Below, piece after piece: positions 50,499-64,000 of a DNA stretch of 64,000 nucleotides (its first letter is position 1; the number at the start of each line of letters is the position of its first letter). The stretch is from Hormiphora californensis. Lineage: Eukaryota; Animalia; Ctenophora. Position numbers and translations under genes: made by a program. Below the pieces are notes generated by a model that saw nothing but the letters and a program-made list of their open reading frames with translations, made no database searches and had not been told where the DNA came from. Location of the stretch: assembly GCA_020137815.1 (NCBI GenBank), contig CM035357.1:7068001-7132000 (forward strand), read 5' to 3'.

Positions 50499-51656
50499 TT
50501 GTTACAGTAACATTGGCATAAAGTTGAGATTGCATGCACTCTACACCGCCCGGCCCTCGGCGACCGCCAAACATTTGTAAGAAGGTGAATATTTAGTAAC
50601 AAGTTCATTTAGAGTGCTTTTAGCTCTATGAAACTAAAATTAGGGCACAATACTGTCAAAAAAGAACACAAAGTTGTGAATAAGTCCTTCAAAACTCAGT
50701 TGAAAAAGGAAAACGTTAAAATCTGGGTGCCTTTCATTGCTAACAATTCGTAGTCTTAAAATTGTCTTAAAATTGTCTTTCCGATACTTCCGGGATCAAG
50801 TCTTAAGATTGTCAGGAACAGAATTTAGCACGCGCAAATGGAATTAAGTGCGCACCCCCGTTCACATTATTAACAAGAATCATTGCATTATGTATTCATA
50901 ATGCTGTGTTTCCCTGCCCTCCCGTTTCACGTGTCACTGTCAACAGGATCAAGGCTTGGTCATAATGTAATGTGAGATGCATACGATCTAGCTGTCAGTA
51001 TACTTCTCACATAGCTTAGTTTACTCACATGACACTTGCTAACCAGCTTTTCACATTCCAACTTAACTACTTATCTAACCTCTCACACTTGACTCGCAAG
51101 ATGACAATGTGTATGTAACACGCGAGACACGCGGCAGCGCTATTCATGTTTTGTAGAGTGGCGCGCGCATACACGTCCATCAAACTGTGTCATTGTAAGT
51201 TTTGATAAAGGAGTAACGTGTTGTTGTGTGTGCGGCTCAGTTGCTACGCTGAGTACTCCGGGTGGTACCGGGTTGCCCCTCGCAACGAAAGTGTGACCAA
51301 AATGGTCCCTCTACCGATTAGTTAGTATACCAAAATGTCGTTTTCGAATTCTAACCCTGCTATGCCTTTTTGCAAAGCAAAAAGGCATCCGGGTGGATGC
51401 CTTCGCTGTCAGAGCATTGGCCTGACCCTATTCTCATTTCGGAGCGCGCGAGAACTGTGGTCAGAGCGTGCGAGAACTGTGGTCAGAGCATTGGCCTGAC
51501 AGTGCCTTCGGCATCCACCCGGGCAGGGAAAAAATTGGACTTTAATCGCGCCCGTTGAAAAAAAGTGCGTTTCAAACGACTTGACCTGAGATAACTGGAA
51601 ATTCAGGATTTCCCCTTTGTAAATACACGCACAATACGCCAAATTCCAAGAATTAT

Positions 51657-51805
51657 ACTCCGTTTTTTTTCAACTGTTCACCCCCCAAAGTCGTGCGCGG
51701 AATTGTTTTGCGCGTTTATCACATGTTAACGTGTAGCGCGCGCCACCCAAATTCTAATTTTTATTAAATTTCAGTTTTTGGGTGAACAGTTGAAAAAAAT
51801 GGACT
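51657..51805. mobile_element. MITE, same family as 31801-31950
   Basis: Shared TIRs and internal gtcgtgcgcggaa...atcacatgttaacgtgtagcgcgcg. Confidence 0.8.
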
Positions 51806-52690
51806 TTACGGGTCAAGTCGCTTGAAACGGACTTTAAAAAGTGAAAACGGCCATCTTGGAAACGCGACGTAATTTTCATCATTTGAATCGCGCGCGCTTT
51901 CTCATATATCTGACTAACGGCGCGGCGCCTATTTGCAGTGATCTTTAACAAGCCCCGCCGCGGCCACATACATTTAAGACCCTGGAAACAAAGCGGTCAC
52001 CTAGCCTCCTGGGTGGCCTGTGCAGTAACAATAAAACGAGAAGTTTAACGATCTGAAATGTTAAGTTGGTGCTCAAGAGGACACACTTTATATGTACATT
52101 TTTTCAACATAATAATATTTTCTTCCAATTTCTCCAAGACTCCAAAATGTTGTGGACGATGAACTGGGAGGACACATCGCCCAACAACTTTAAATTGAAA
52201 ACATCGCTCCTTCTTCATCTCCCTCTTCTCTCATACACTATCCGTGTGGTGCCGAAAAAACAACACAATTGGCATGCAATGTATTCAACTCAGATCACAC
52301 ACCTTGAACCAATAAACAAATAATGATGATACAAACATTAAATAATATGCGGCTCTCTCTCTCTCTCCTTGAAATAAATTGGGGGCCAAGTTTATTAATC
52401 TCTTCTCAACAACCCGGCTCATAGTGAGTTGTTAATAAAAATAAACAAACAATAGATAGATCTAGCCGCAACAAATTGTCTCTCTCACCCAGTGTGGCAA
52501 GGTAACCCACCACACAACCCATCACAATTATCATGGGGGAGGGGGAATATGAAAAGTAATAATTGTCTTGTTAAGAAAATAAAACAAAGTGTCACCAGTT
52601 CACCATTTCACAACTGTTCTTTAACCCGACCACTCAAGCACAATATATCCACAACCTATGACGTCACTTTGACGTCACTATGACGTCATA

Positions 52691-55357
52691 TCATGACGTT
52701 AGTGATGCCATGGGGATTTTCAGGGAGAAGTGAAGGACGTCTTCTGCCTTCCAGTCTGAGTTCATTCGAACTGAGAGATAGGGATGTGCCTCCTTTAGGG
52801 TGTCTTCCTTTAGTCCTGAGGACATGGGTTGCTGGTTAGTGGTGTTATAGGACTTTGTTTCCTTATTAATTCGATAACTTATGATGGTTCTTGGGTTGAC
52901 AAGTCACAGCATTTGTAAAATCATTATTATAACACCCTACTCCCCGTCCTAACCACTCCCAGGTAAAAATGAGGGGGTCTCATGTAGAGAATGAGGGGGG
53001 TCTCATGTAGAGAAAAGTGATTCACTCACCCCATCTGTCTAGGGTAGACACGGCCACTTCTCTGATATTAGTCAGATCCACGGCTGCTATCCGTTGTAGT
53101 AGTTGGAGGTTGTCTGTCACGTTCAGTGAGTCCACCGCCAGACAGGCGCAGTGTCGAATGTGGGGTGATACGTCCTCTAGACCCCGGCAACATTCCATGT
53201 GGGCCTGTAGAGATATGGGGGTTAGGGGAGCTTGGAAACTCTTAGGACAATGTTGGAAACAAACAGACATATAAGAATAACCTAGAGGGGCAACACCGAT
53301 CATTGGTGACTTGATATAATCAGCTTGGTTCGTGAATCCAACTTACCAAATCCCGCATGTGTTCAGAGTTCTTAACCTCTGTGAGAAGTGAGCTACACAG
53401 GGCACTGGCCTCTACTCTGCTGTTACCCAACATACACATGGCGATCCTAAACTTGGTGCCACTGTAGGGCATGCTCTGAAACCTGGGGGCAAGGAAGGGG
53501 TGGTTAGACTAATTATATTAGTTGTGGTAAAAGGTGAGGAATTTAGGGAAAGTAATGAGTGAACAAGATCTTGTTCGTCTTGCAAGACGATATAAAATTC
53601 AGTTTAATTTTCACGCAGAAGGCAGAAATTGACAAAAAATGAATTCTGCTTACTTGGCAACAGCCTCCTCTCTATCGCGTAACAAGTGTGCCTGTAAGCC
53701 CTGGACAATACTGTACTCCAAACTAAACTGTCGAATCAACCTCCCCACACCGTTAACTGAGTTACCCTTGAAATATCGGATAACCTGACAAATAAAGGGA
53801 TGATTAGCCGGGTGTAGCAGGATGCTAAGAAAACTGGACAATATTTTGGAAATGGAGAATAGGGTAGCCGCTGCTCTGCTTTTCGTTTATTTGAAACTAC
53901 ATGAGAGAATTCAACCCCGAATTCAGGATTCACCTGCAGTATCCCAATTTTAGTAGATAACTAAGACTAACCTGTGTGACAGTAGCCGTGTTGGCATCAT
54001 TCCATTTCCCGTGTATACTATCCGTTATACACTGTACAAGGTACTTGAATACATCCTCTACATTTCCCTGCACTATGTGTCCATAATGTGCAGATAACTT
54101 GCCCATTAGGTCTCTAAATGACACCACACAGGATTTATCATCAGATATCACGTTCCATAACCCCCTCCACTTGTCCTCCAACAACAGTGATTCTAATGTC
54201 ACTGCAACTAGGTCTCCCCTCTCTTTGAGATATTCTTTGACTCGTTTGAAGAGGGCGCAGTGTTCCTTGACGACTGCCAGGGTGGCGTGTTGTCTGTTCT
54301 TTAGGAGGTAGCTGCACTGGAGATTACTGCAAATATCCTGAAAATGGGGGCGGGGGGATTAGTTACACAAGAAGAAGATGGGGGGATTAGTTACTCAACA
54401 AGATGGGGGGGATTAGCTATTTGGTTCCAACAGCTCAGAGTGGGAACTAAGACAACTATCCATTTCAGTCGATATTCATTAAGGAGTACCGGGGGGGGGG
54501 GGGTCTAGTCACTGACCTGTAGGTATTGAAGGTGTACTGCCAAGAAGCGATCAACCTGCTCGTTTCGTGAGGTTAACCGAGTCTTCTTCAGAGTCTGATC
54601 GTAGTTGCTAAACAGGGGTGTTATTGGGACGTTGTATCGCTTGAATTTCTTCTGGCGGACTGATGAAAAGAGGGATTTCTTGCGTTGTCGAGGTCTCATG
54701 CTCTCTGAGATCCACTTGGTTGAGGATGGGGAGGAGGAGACTGGTGCTGCTGCTGGTGACGAGGATGTGGGAGGTGGTGTTGGGGAGGAGGAGTTGAGGG
54801 CGAGGGAACTGAAGAGAGAAGGGTGGGGTTAGAGGACTTCTTCAAAAATATATCTGAGCAATACAACACAGCTATTGGGTTACTCCAACGAACTCCAATG
54901 ATTTTATCAACTAACACAAACCTGCTGTTTAGTTCACGAATGTGACTGAAAGGTGTTCTAGTTGATACGTTATCAGTGGAACCGAACATCCCCGTTGTGT
55001 CGAGGGAAGATGTTGCTGAGGATAGTGTTCCACTGCTAGAGGGGTGGTTTGAGGAGGCCGGGGTGAGGTCTATTCGGAGTTGTCGTAGGCTACTTAGTAG
55101 ATCCTTTACTTCGCTGAATTGTACTGAAGAGAGAGAGAGGGATGGATGTTTTATATTGTTTTATCGGGAGAATGGGGGAGTGGGCGGTTGGGTTCAAACG
55201 GAAGGAGGGCAGGAAATTTCTATGAAATAATATTATGGTCGTATGTAGGTTCTAAGGGCGGGGTTTCTCTCCCCATATCAGCTATCATTCTCTCTCTCCA
55301 GTAGTCGATATTATATTGACCAGGAAGCTTGGAGATTCGCATCAGTGAGAGGGAGAG

Positions 55358-55451
<94 letters not shown>

Positions 55452-57352
55452 CGATATCTCTCTCTTTTTCTCCCTCTCCTATCCTCTCTCGCCTCTCTCT
55501 CTCGAGCTCGCTCGCTATGATCGGGGGAGATAACTTTATGTATGTCTGGAGTAAGATATTACACATACCAAACTTGCATAGTTAGATGGAAGAAAGAAAG
55601 ATAGAGGTAAACTGGAGGGGGTTAGAGAGAGATAGAAAAGACAGACATTTCCCAGGACCAAAACTGTCACCACTAGAGGAGCCCCCCGCACTCCCTAACT
55701 TCACAAATTAGCACTTCCCAGTCTCCTGCCGTGTGTGTGCATAGTGAGCTTGACTTGCCCCAACATGCCCTACAAGAGCTCTAGAAGTGTGGCTTGGATG
55801 GAAGCTGAAACCCAAGTCAGTGACTACCAATATGTATCGTGAAGTCAAGTTTTTAGTAGCTGGAAGATTGCTGGCTAACTTTCGAAAGTTGCACAAATCA
55901 GCCTGTTGAGTAGGAAAATTATTTTTGCTGCAATTTTCAAGAATCAAGGCGGCTAAAACACTTTGTGATATCATCTGACTACCTAAACACAAGTCCCCAA
56001 AGAACTCACATTCATAATCCTCGTAAAATATGATAGTATCTTGCAAAAGGGCTGCTAATGGCTGGTCGGGTTGCTCTGCTATTGACATGATTGAAACAGC
56101 TGATGTAAGACCTGTCATTCCGCCAGGCAGCAGAGCGGCTCCCGGTGGTTTAGGTACCTGGAAAGGAGGGTTTGAGTCACAGCCGCCTCTTTTAGAGTGG
56201 TATTACCTGTTCAAACATAGTTAGGAAACACAGTTTATATTCTTGGATTACTAATTCAGAACTGTGTTTAACTTACCCCGCTAGGTTCTGGTAAATGTTG
56301 TAGTTGAGCCAAGCTACTGCTCTTGTTTTTCAGACCGCCAGCACCACCAAGACCCTGGCACAGACCACCAATTACTGTGTCCTGGTATGGTAGCATACCA
56401 AACGGATCAAAGTTGATCTGTTGACCTTTTACCACTGGCCTGATGAAGAGGGGGATTAGGATTAGGATGAAGAGGAGAGAGAGAGAGTTGGATAGTTTTT
56501 GAATAGAAAGCATACCAATTAATTGTGGATAATTAGGACGAAAATATAAACATAATTATAGATTGCAATGATTAGTGTCTATTCTCAGATTGGCAGGAAT
56601 CATAGGATTGAGAATAGGATAGAGAATAGGATAGAGATAAGAGAAGATAGTTTTCCAAACTTACGTCCAGGCTAGAGTGAAGTTGAGTCTGATAGAAGTA
56701 CAGGTTCCAAGGGCTACAATAACATTCTGAAGAAAGAAGGGATTATTGAAGAAAGAAGGGATTATTTTATCTTGTGATCATAAAACTGGAGAAAGTAAAA
56801 AAATTGGGATTTCTTTCTTACCAGTGGTTTTACAGAAAGTAGGTTCATCAAACTAAATGTAACTTCTCCAACGCTGATGTTTCGTTCGTATTTCCTTTTG
56901 TCTATCACCTGAGAGAAAATCAAAATGATAGACAAGTACTATCGGGTTTCTTTAAACGGCGAATTAATTAGAGAGAGTCTAGACTGTAAACCGATAGCGG
57001 TAAAGTGGGTCAATAAAAAACACAAAAATAAGAGGACGTCTGAGTTACCTTGATAGTAATCTGCTCGTGGTAGGTTATCTTTAGTGCTTTCTGAAATAAA
57101 GAAACGATTTTGAATATCTCGTATTATTCAGGCATGAATTTAAAATTCAAATCCAATGACTCAGTCCCCAAGTGACCGGAGAACTCGCACAAACCATACT
57201 GCAACTTAGGACGCGCGCGCCGAGAACACAACCCCAGCACGACCGCGCGTTCCTGCAAGTTGTCTTACCTGAGTGTCTTTCCACTTCTGTTGAAGATTGG
57301 AGTCGATCTTACATTGAGTTTTAATTTTCTGCGTACCACATTTAATCGATAC
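52691..57352 (-). CDS. RIPOR: RIPOR/FAM65-family protein, 3' portion (5' exons not resolved in this window)
   Basis: Exons 57269-57352, 57049-57090, 56822-56908 and 56665-56726 give VSIKCGTQKIKTQCKIDSNLQQKW...ITIKVIDKRK...VGEVT...KPLNVIV...IRLNFTLAW, colinear with the RIPOR segment KYGRQRWKLKGKI...ISIKVTELK...VGSVT...IKLNLEITW. A Ser-rich linker and helical-repeat-like C-terminal exons follow. Confidence 0.7.
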
Positions 57353-57586
57353 CTGAAGAGAGAGAATGTTTAATATCGGATGGTGGTAAGGTGTTGGAAG
57401 GAAATGAGAAGGGGGTGTGAAATGGGACGGCTGCTGGGTGCCGGGTGAAAAGTCTTCAAGCACCCCAACAAGTTTACACCATAGTTATTGGTTGTGAGTG
57501 GTAGTGGGAATACAGCTGCAGTGTGTGCCTCACTATCGAGTAAGGGCGTGAGGGGCTTGTCCTTCCGTGAGTGTCAGTATGGCAGT

Positions 57587-57740
<154 letters not shown>

Positions 57741-59047
57741 AAGACACGGTGTTAGGTGGCTTCTCAACTCCAGCTATTATGCGCTTTATCCATCACATCT
57801 TAGTGTGCAGGTATGATCAACCAGATTGTATTTTCAAAAAGATTCTTCCCCTCTCATTACATTCCCTTGCTCTCCCTTACTCTCTCCATCCTTTTCTCTC
57901 CCTCAGTCCTTTTCTCTCTCTTTCTCTCCTAATCCGCTCTCAGACGAGATAGACGCTCACTGACGCACTCACTATTCAATACACACGACATTGTGAAGTG
58001 TGAATGTTCAACAACGGTCGTGCTATTATAGGTACTACCCAAACACAAACATACAGTTCAGACAGTTTAGTGCCGCGTGTACCGGTATAATTCGTATAAT
58101 ACTAGTCTAGTTATTTCTTTAGCCGATACCGCCCGCTGTAACATCAGACTAGTGCCCCGAAAATAGTAAAAACCCGGTAAAGATATCATTACACGATGAT
58201 TTATGTATTTCTGTTTCCTGTCTCATGATTTTGCCTTATCTGACTGAACACAATACCGGCTAAAAGTACCGCTGTTAAACTACCTATCTCTGTACCGTGA
58301 CCGTTAAAGAAAGCCGTGGTTTTATGATAAGAATCCCGTCTCAAGCACAAATATTACAAGCACATTCCCTGCCCTTCAAGACACATTCCCTCCCCTTCAA
58401 GACAGACTGACTGGCAGCTTATGGGCCACTGAAGTGGGCTAAATATAAGTGAAGTGTCCCCCTGTATAGCTGCTGTATCACATATCAGAGATCAGCATGA
58501 TGTAATCAGAATATAGTCCCTGGATCTCACTATTAGTGAGTCAATGTTGTGATCTATTGTGTCTAAAGTAACGATCTGACCAGGAGCTGGGGTGATAAAG
58601 GGCCTATGATGTCATAGGCGGGGTGCAGCATATAATTAGTGAGTGACAAATTATGCATGGAAATATATAGAGGGAGGGATAGAGGGAGCGAGGGTGGAGA
58701 GAGAATATTATCCAGAACGAGACGTCATTGTTTACACAACAGACAGGGTCCTTTATATTCTCCTAATATAGTCCTTCAGCTGATGCTACATAAACGTCAA
58801 TAACCAGACCTGGTGCACCTGTACCTGGTACTATTGGGGCGTGCTACCCCGCCACATGTTGTAAATTCAGACCAGACGTTCAAAACGAAGAGAGAGGGAG
58901 AGAGATATTTGGAGAGAGATAGTTGGAGAGGGCTGGTGTTGTAGTGTGCAATATAGTGTAATTGAGACTGTGTGATTGGAATTTACACCCCCTCTAACAG
59001 GCCTGCAGCACTGCACGTGAGAGGAGAGGAGAGAGATAGAGAGAGAG

Positions 59048-59119
<72 letters not shown>

Positions 59120-59163
59120 GAGATGAGGAGAAGAGAGAGAGAGAGATAGGCGAGAGAAGAGAG

Positions 59164-59731
59164 TACTATCTCACCTTATTCTCCACTCTCTTCTTTTACT
59201 ACTCAGCTATCTCACTCTTATTCTCACTCTCTTCTTTACTATCAACCATCGTCACTCTCTTTCATGTTTCAATCTATTTCTCATTTTTCACTCTCATTTT
59301 CTTACTCATATCATGTGCTACTGCAGAGCTCTAACGAAATTATTACACTGTCAGAGACTGGTTCTCCATTCATAACTGTATTCATTAGATTACACTGTAT
59401 CCACACTATTCTTCACTTTATCCGCGAGCTATAATATTCCGACTATTTACAGTCCAGGCTGGAGCCATATTAAGAAAGGAGAGATAAATCCAAGACAAAA
59501 CAGACAAACAAACGATAACAACATCCATCTCATATCTGCCTGCCTGGCCGTCCCCTCAGCTTCTCTGTATCTCTATCCACCCTCCCCGCCCCTCTGGATC
59601 TCCCAAACATTACGTAATGGACACTCTTGTTGTTGCATCGGTGAATAATATCACATGAGGTACAGAACTAATTTTGTGTTTCTTTCTGCACCGGTGCCAG
59701 TGTGGGAAAGAGAGAGAGAGAGAGGGAGAGA

Positions 59732-59765
<34 letters not shown>

Positions 59766-62700
59766 AGAGAGAAATTACTATTTTTTTTGTTTACGTGAAG
59801 CAGTGAGCTACTAGCTGTACTCATGCTGTGCTTGGTTGGTGCAAAAAAGAGAAAGAACCGCTTTTTAGAGCACGGGTCTACATGTTACAGAAATTAAAAT
59901 TTGTAAGCGAGAAAATGAATCTATAGCATCTCCTGAATCCTATATTATTCCTAAAAGTCAGAAGGATAAAGAGAGAAGGGTACATTCAGTTTGGAAGGCC
60001 ATCCGTTCACCAAAGTAACTTGACCCTGCAGCTGACATAACGATATTTGCAGGGTGGTTAAAACCCTGTCTATCATGTTGTTATAACAGGAAATTGGAAC
60101 AATCAGATATATTGCAATCAGGGAGGGGAAGGGAGGAACAATGAAGGATGTGAGACATGAAGGATAATGGTGGAAGACATGAAGGAACAATGAAGTGATA
60201 ATGGTGGGAGACATGAAGGAAAAATGAAGGATGTGAGACATGAAGGAAAGGGAAACATGAAGGTTGTTGTAAGTTGAGGAAGATGAGTGTGAAGTAGAAA
60301 TGAAGGGCTTGCATGATATTATCCTAGATTGGGGAACCTTGCAGAAACCTATACCTACCCGGAGTATTGATATACGCCGGGCAGGTGATCCGGCTATATG
60401 GAATGGATGGGAATAAGGAACGGGACGAGAGAATACAATGTCAACATGTCCTGCAAAGCTCTGCACACATCATCCATTTTCTATCTCTCTCTCTATCCCT
60501 CTCTCTTTCTCTATCTCTCCATCTCTCTCCCTCTCTCTATATATCTCTCTCTGCCCCGGAAGTGAACAGCTATTGGATTGCATCTCTCTATTCCTCCATG
60601 TCTCTCTCTCTCTCTCTGCAAACGTCACACCAATGCGCAGACACGTGTGAGAGACAATGGTCGTAAGTTATCATGGACACCAATGGAAGACAGGAGTTAC
60701 CAGGGAAACAGAAAGAGAAAGAGTGAGAGAGAGAGAGAGATAGAGAGAGAGAGAGATAGAGAGAGAGGGAGAGAGAGAGAGAGAGAGACGATTAGCAAAG
60801 TGAGGGTCTCCGCAGCATAAGATCGGAGAGAATCGGCGACGATGTTCGACCTTGATCACCCGATTGCCACTCCACAACCCTTTTATAAAAGATGATTCGT
60901 GTTTGGGTTTTAAACCCACACCATTCAACCTTTGCCCTACTTCACCCTTTAATTTCTTACATCTAATTTAGAGGGGAACAATGATCCCTGACGTTTCAAA
61001 ATCTTTTATAAATTTCCCTTTTCATTTGTCCCCCTTTTTAAAACCCCCCCCCTCCCCTCTTCAGCAACCCCATCATGGCGACATATTTTAAAATGGAGGG
61101 TAGTTGAATAGTTTCAGTTGTCTCATTACTTCCTCTCTGTCGTTCTCCCAGCTCTCAATCCCTCTCTTTATCTCCCTCCCTCTCTCTATCTCTCTCTCCC
61201 TATCTCCAGAAAACGCTCTTTAAAATAATAATCCCGATACTAAAACTGGGGGGTAGAAATTTAAGTGGGTGTTTTTAAAAAAGGGGTGGGACGTCAGTCA
61301 TACCCCTCTCTAATATAACTACCCCCTCATATAACTTCTGTTTATAGGGAGAGAGAATTTGAGAATATAATATACCGAGTGATGCGGTGAGACCCCCCCC
61401 CCCCCGTTGGGGGTGAGTTTGAGGGGTGCTGCTACCAAGCAGTAATTTGCCAGGCACTCTCATATAATACTTAGTGCAGACCTGCACTCTAACCCACACA
61501 CACAGTGCAGCACTCTAGAGGCCCCTGTTTTATATTACCACAACATCGCCCCTGTTTATTATTGGGCACATGTGTGATCAATTTGTCAGGCACCCCATTA
61601 CACGCCACGCATGTATTTCCCGTGCCCCCTCTCTCTTTCCCTCTCTCACTGTCTCTCTCTGTCTCTCTGTCTCCCACTGTCTCTCTCTCTGTCTCCCCTC
61701 TCCCGCTCTCTGCATCTTTCCCTCAACTCGTTCATTCAGCATACATGATCCTTTCATTTCCATGTGTCAATCTTCTCACGATCCCAAGCTACCTCGCCGA
61801 GAAAGAGCCTCTCTTTCCCTCTCCCTCTCTCTCTCTTTCCCTCCAAGCTGACTCCGTCTCCTTTTCTCTCCAAGCTCCCTCCGCTCTCCGAATTTTCCTT
61901 CTTCCTTCCAACCATCTCTAACGGTACTCTCTCCGTCTTATTCTTCTCAGCGTAAATCTATCTTCTGATGTTATACATAATATTGCATATATTATCATGA
62001 GGGACATAACATATATTCAAGTTCATGTTATATGACAGTATAAGACTCGCTGCTGCAGCGGCTAATCACACCTCTCTCATTCCCTTCCATCTAACTCTAT
62101 CCCTCTCTACCTCACTCAACTATTATAACCCCTCTCCATCTCCCTCGCTCTCTACCTCACTCGTTTACCCCTTTCTTCCTCAACTATCTCACCCTCTCTA
62201 CCCCTCTGACCTCCATCTCTCTACCCCAATTTCTCTCTATCTCCCTCTCAACTATCTCACCCTCTCTCTCTCTCCCTCTATCCTAACCCGTTCGTGCTTG
62301 GCACATAATAAACACGCTACCGATGCGCTCACGGATAACTAACAGAGCTGGTGTGTCTGAAGGATGTCTGGTACAATATAGCGTGTATTTGGTGCGATAA
62401 ATAACACTCACTTGTTCATTTTTCTGTTTTCCTCCATAATGTGTCTGTTTGTCTGTCTATAAATTTCTGTTAGGTGTCTGTTTGTTCGTCTGATGTCCCG
62501 TGGTAATTAAAGTAGGAACAGCCACAAAATTACCACTTTCCACACGCAAACACGCATATGGAGTCAACTGTTAGAACTTTTAAATTGCATCGATACTTTC
62601 CCACTTTTCCATTCTCCCTTCCTGTCTCCCCCTCTTCCGCTGCAGACTCGCCAGTCTAGACACTTCCGGTACCCTAGCATGCTCACACTTTTCCTGATGA

Positions 62701-64000
62701 CTCCATTTATTGGAATTAGGTGGGAGAGAGGGAGAGAGAGAGAGAGAGGGAGAGAGAGAGATGAAGAATGAGACACAAAATAGACAGACAGAGAAAGCAT
62801 TACTATAGCACTGTCTAGACTGTCTGTTTTTAGAATGTTGCATGTCCGGTCCTGCGTCCAGCATTTTTTGCATTCACAATAATTTGTGCGCCAGCTCTGC
62901 TTTACTACTCTTTACTATCTCACTCTTATTCTCACTCTCTTCTTTTACTACTCAGCTATCTCACTCTTATTCTCACTCTCTTCTTTTACTACTCAACCAT
63001 GTCACTCTCTTTCATGTTTCATCTATTTCTCATTTTTCATCTCCATTTTCTTACTCTCTCATGTGCTACTGCAGCAGCTCTAACGAAATTATTCACTGTC
63101 AGAGACTGGTTCTCCATTCATAACTGTATTCATTAGATTACACTGTATCCACATTATTCTTCACTTTATCCGCGAGCTATAATATTCCGACTATTTACAG
63201 TCCAGGCTGGAGCCATATCGATAAAGGGGGGGGGGGGATAAATCCAAGACAAAACAGACAAACAAACGATAACTACAATTATTTTATCCATCTTATACCT
63301 GCCTGCCTGGCCGTCCCCTCAGCCTCTCTCTCTCTATACATATCTCTATCTCTATCCACCCTCCCCGCCCCTCTGGATATATCTCCCACACAATTACGTA
63401 ATGGACACTCTTGTTGTTGCATCGGTGAATAATATCACATGAGGTACAGAACTAATTTTGTGTTTCTTTCTGCACCGGTGCCAGTGTGGGAAAGAGAGGG
63501 AGAGAGAGAGATAGAGAGATAAATTACTATTTTTGTTGTTTACGTGAGCAGTGAGCTACTAGCTGTACATCTGCTGTTGCGGTGGTGCAAAAAAGAGAAA
63601 GAACCGCTTTTTAGAACACGGGTCTACATGTTACAGAAATTAAAATTTGTAAGCGATAAAATGAATCTATAGCATCTCCTGAAGCCTATATTATTCCTAA
63701 AAACCAGAAGGATAAAGAGAGAAGGGTACATTCAGTTTGGAAGGCCATCCGTTCACCAAAGTAACTTGACCCTGCAGCTGACATAACGATATTTGCAGGA
63801 TGGTTAAAACACTGTCTATCATGGTGTTATAACAGCTGCAGATTCCAGGAAATCAGAACAATCAGATATATTGCAATCAGGGAGGGGAAGGGAGGTCAGG
63901 GAGACATGAAGGAACAATGAAGGATGTGAGACATGAAGGAATAATGAAGGATAATGGTGGGAGACATGAAGGGTTGGTTGTAAGTTGAGTGAATGATAGA
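59164..64000. repeat. About 1.1-kb direct duplication (59164-60290 and 62913-64000)
   Basis: Long near-identical blocks differing by microsatellite length, a few substitutions and small indels; the second copy runs to the window end. Confidence 0.9.

Overview
Eukaryotic, intron-rich animal genomic DNA with short GT-AG introns and many (GA)n/(CT)n microsatellites. The compact, nested architecture would fit a ctenophore or similar marine invertebrate, but the species cannot be established from the sequence. Genes spliced by hand, left to right: a divergent twinfilin (+), a CD20/MS4A-like 4-TM protein (+), an orphan 7-TM GPCR-like gene (-), PDCD2 (+), SKIV2L/Ski2 helicase (+), and a 14-exon PXK gene (-, 27094-44489). 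PXK introns host a complete antisense ETS transcription-factor CDS, four identical tRNA-Lys(CTT) genes and a hAT MITE. Immediately upstream of the PXK start codon is a 4.2-kb nest of four inverted-repeat DNA transposons. After it come a two-exon gene, not reported as a protein in the ORF track, for a secreted 8-Cys/6-Trp peptide, a head-to-tail Helitron pair and the 3' part of a RIPOR/FAM65 gene (-). Five genes have a splice acceptor 5-8 nt before the ATG, suggestive of spliced-leader trans-splicing. Several single-base frameshifts in conserved genes look like long-read assembly errors. All homology calls come from remembered protein motifs, not database searches.
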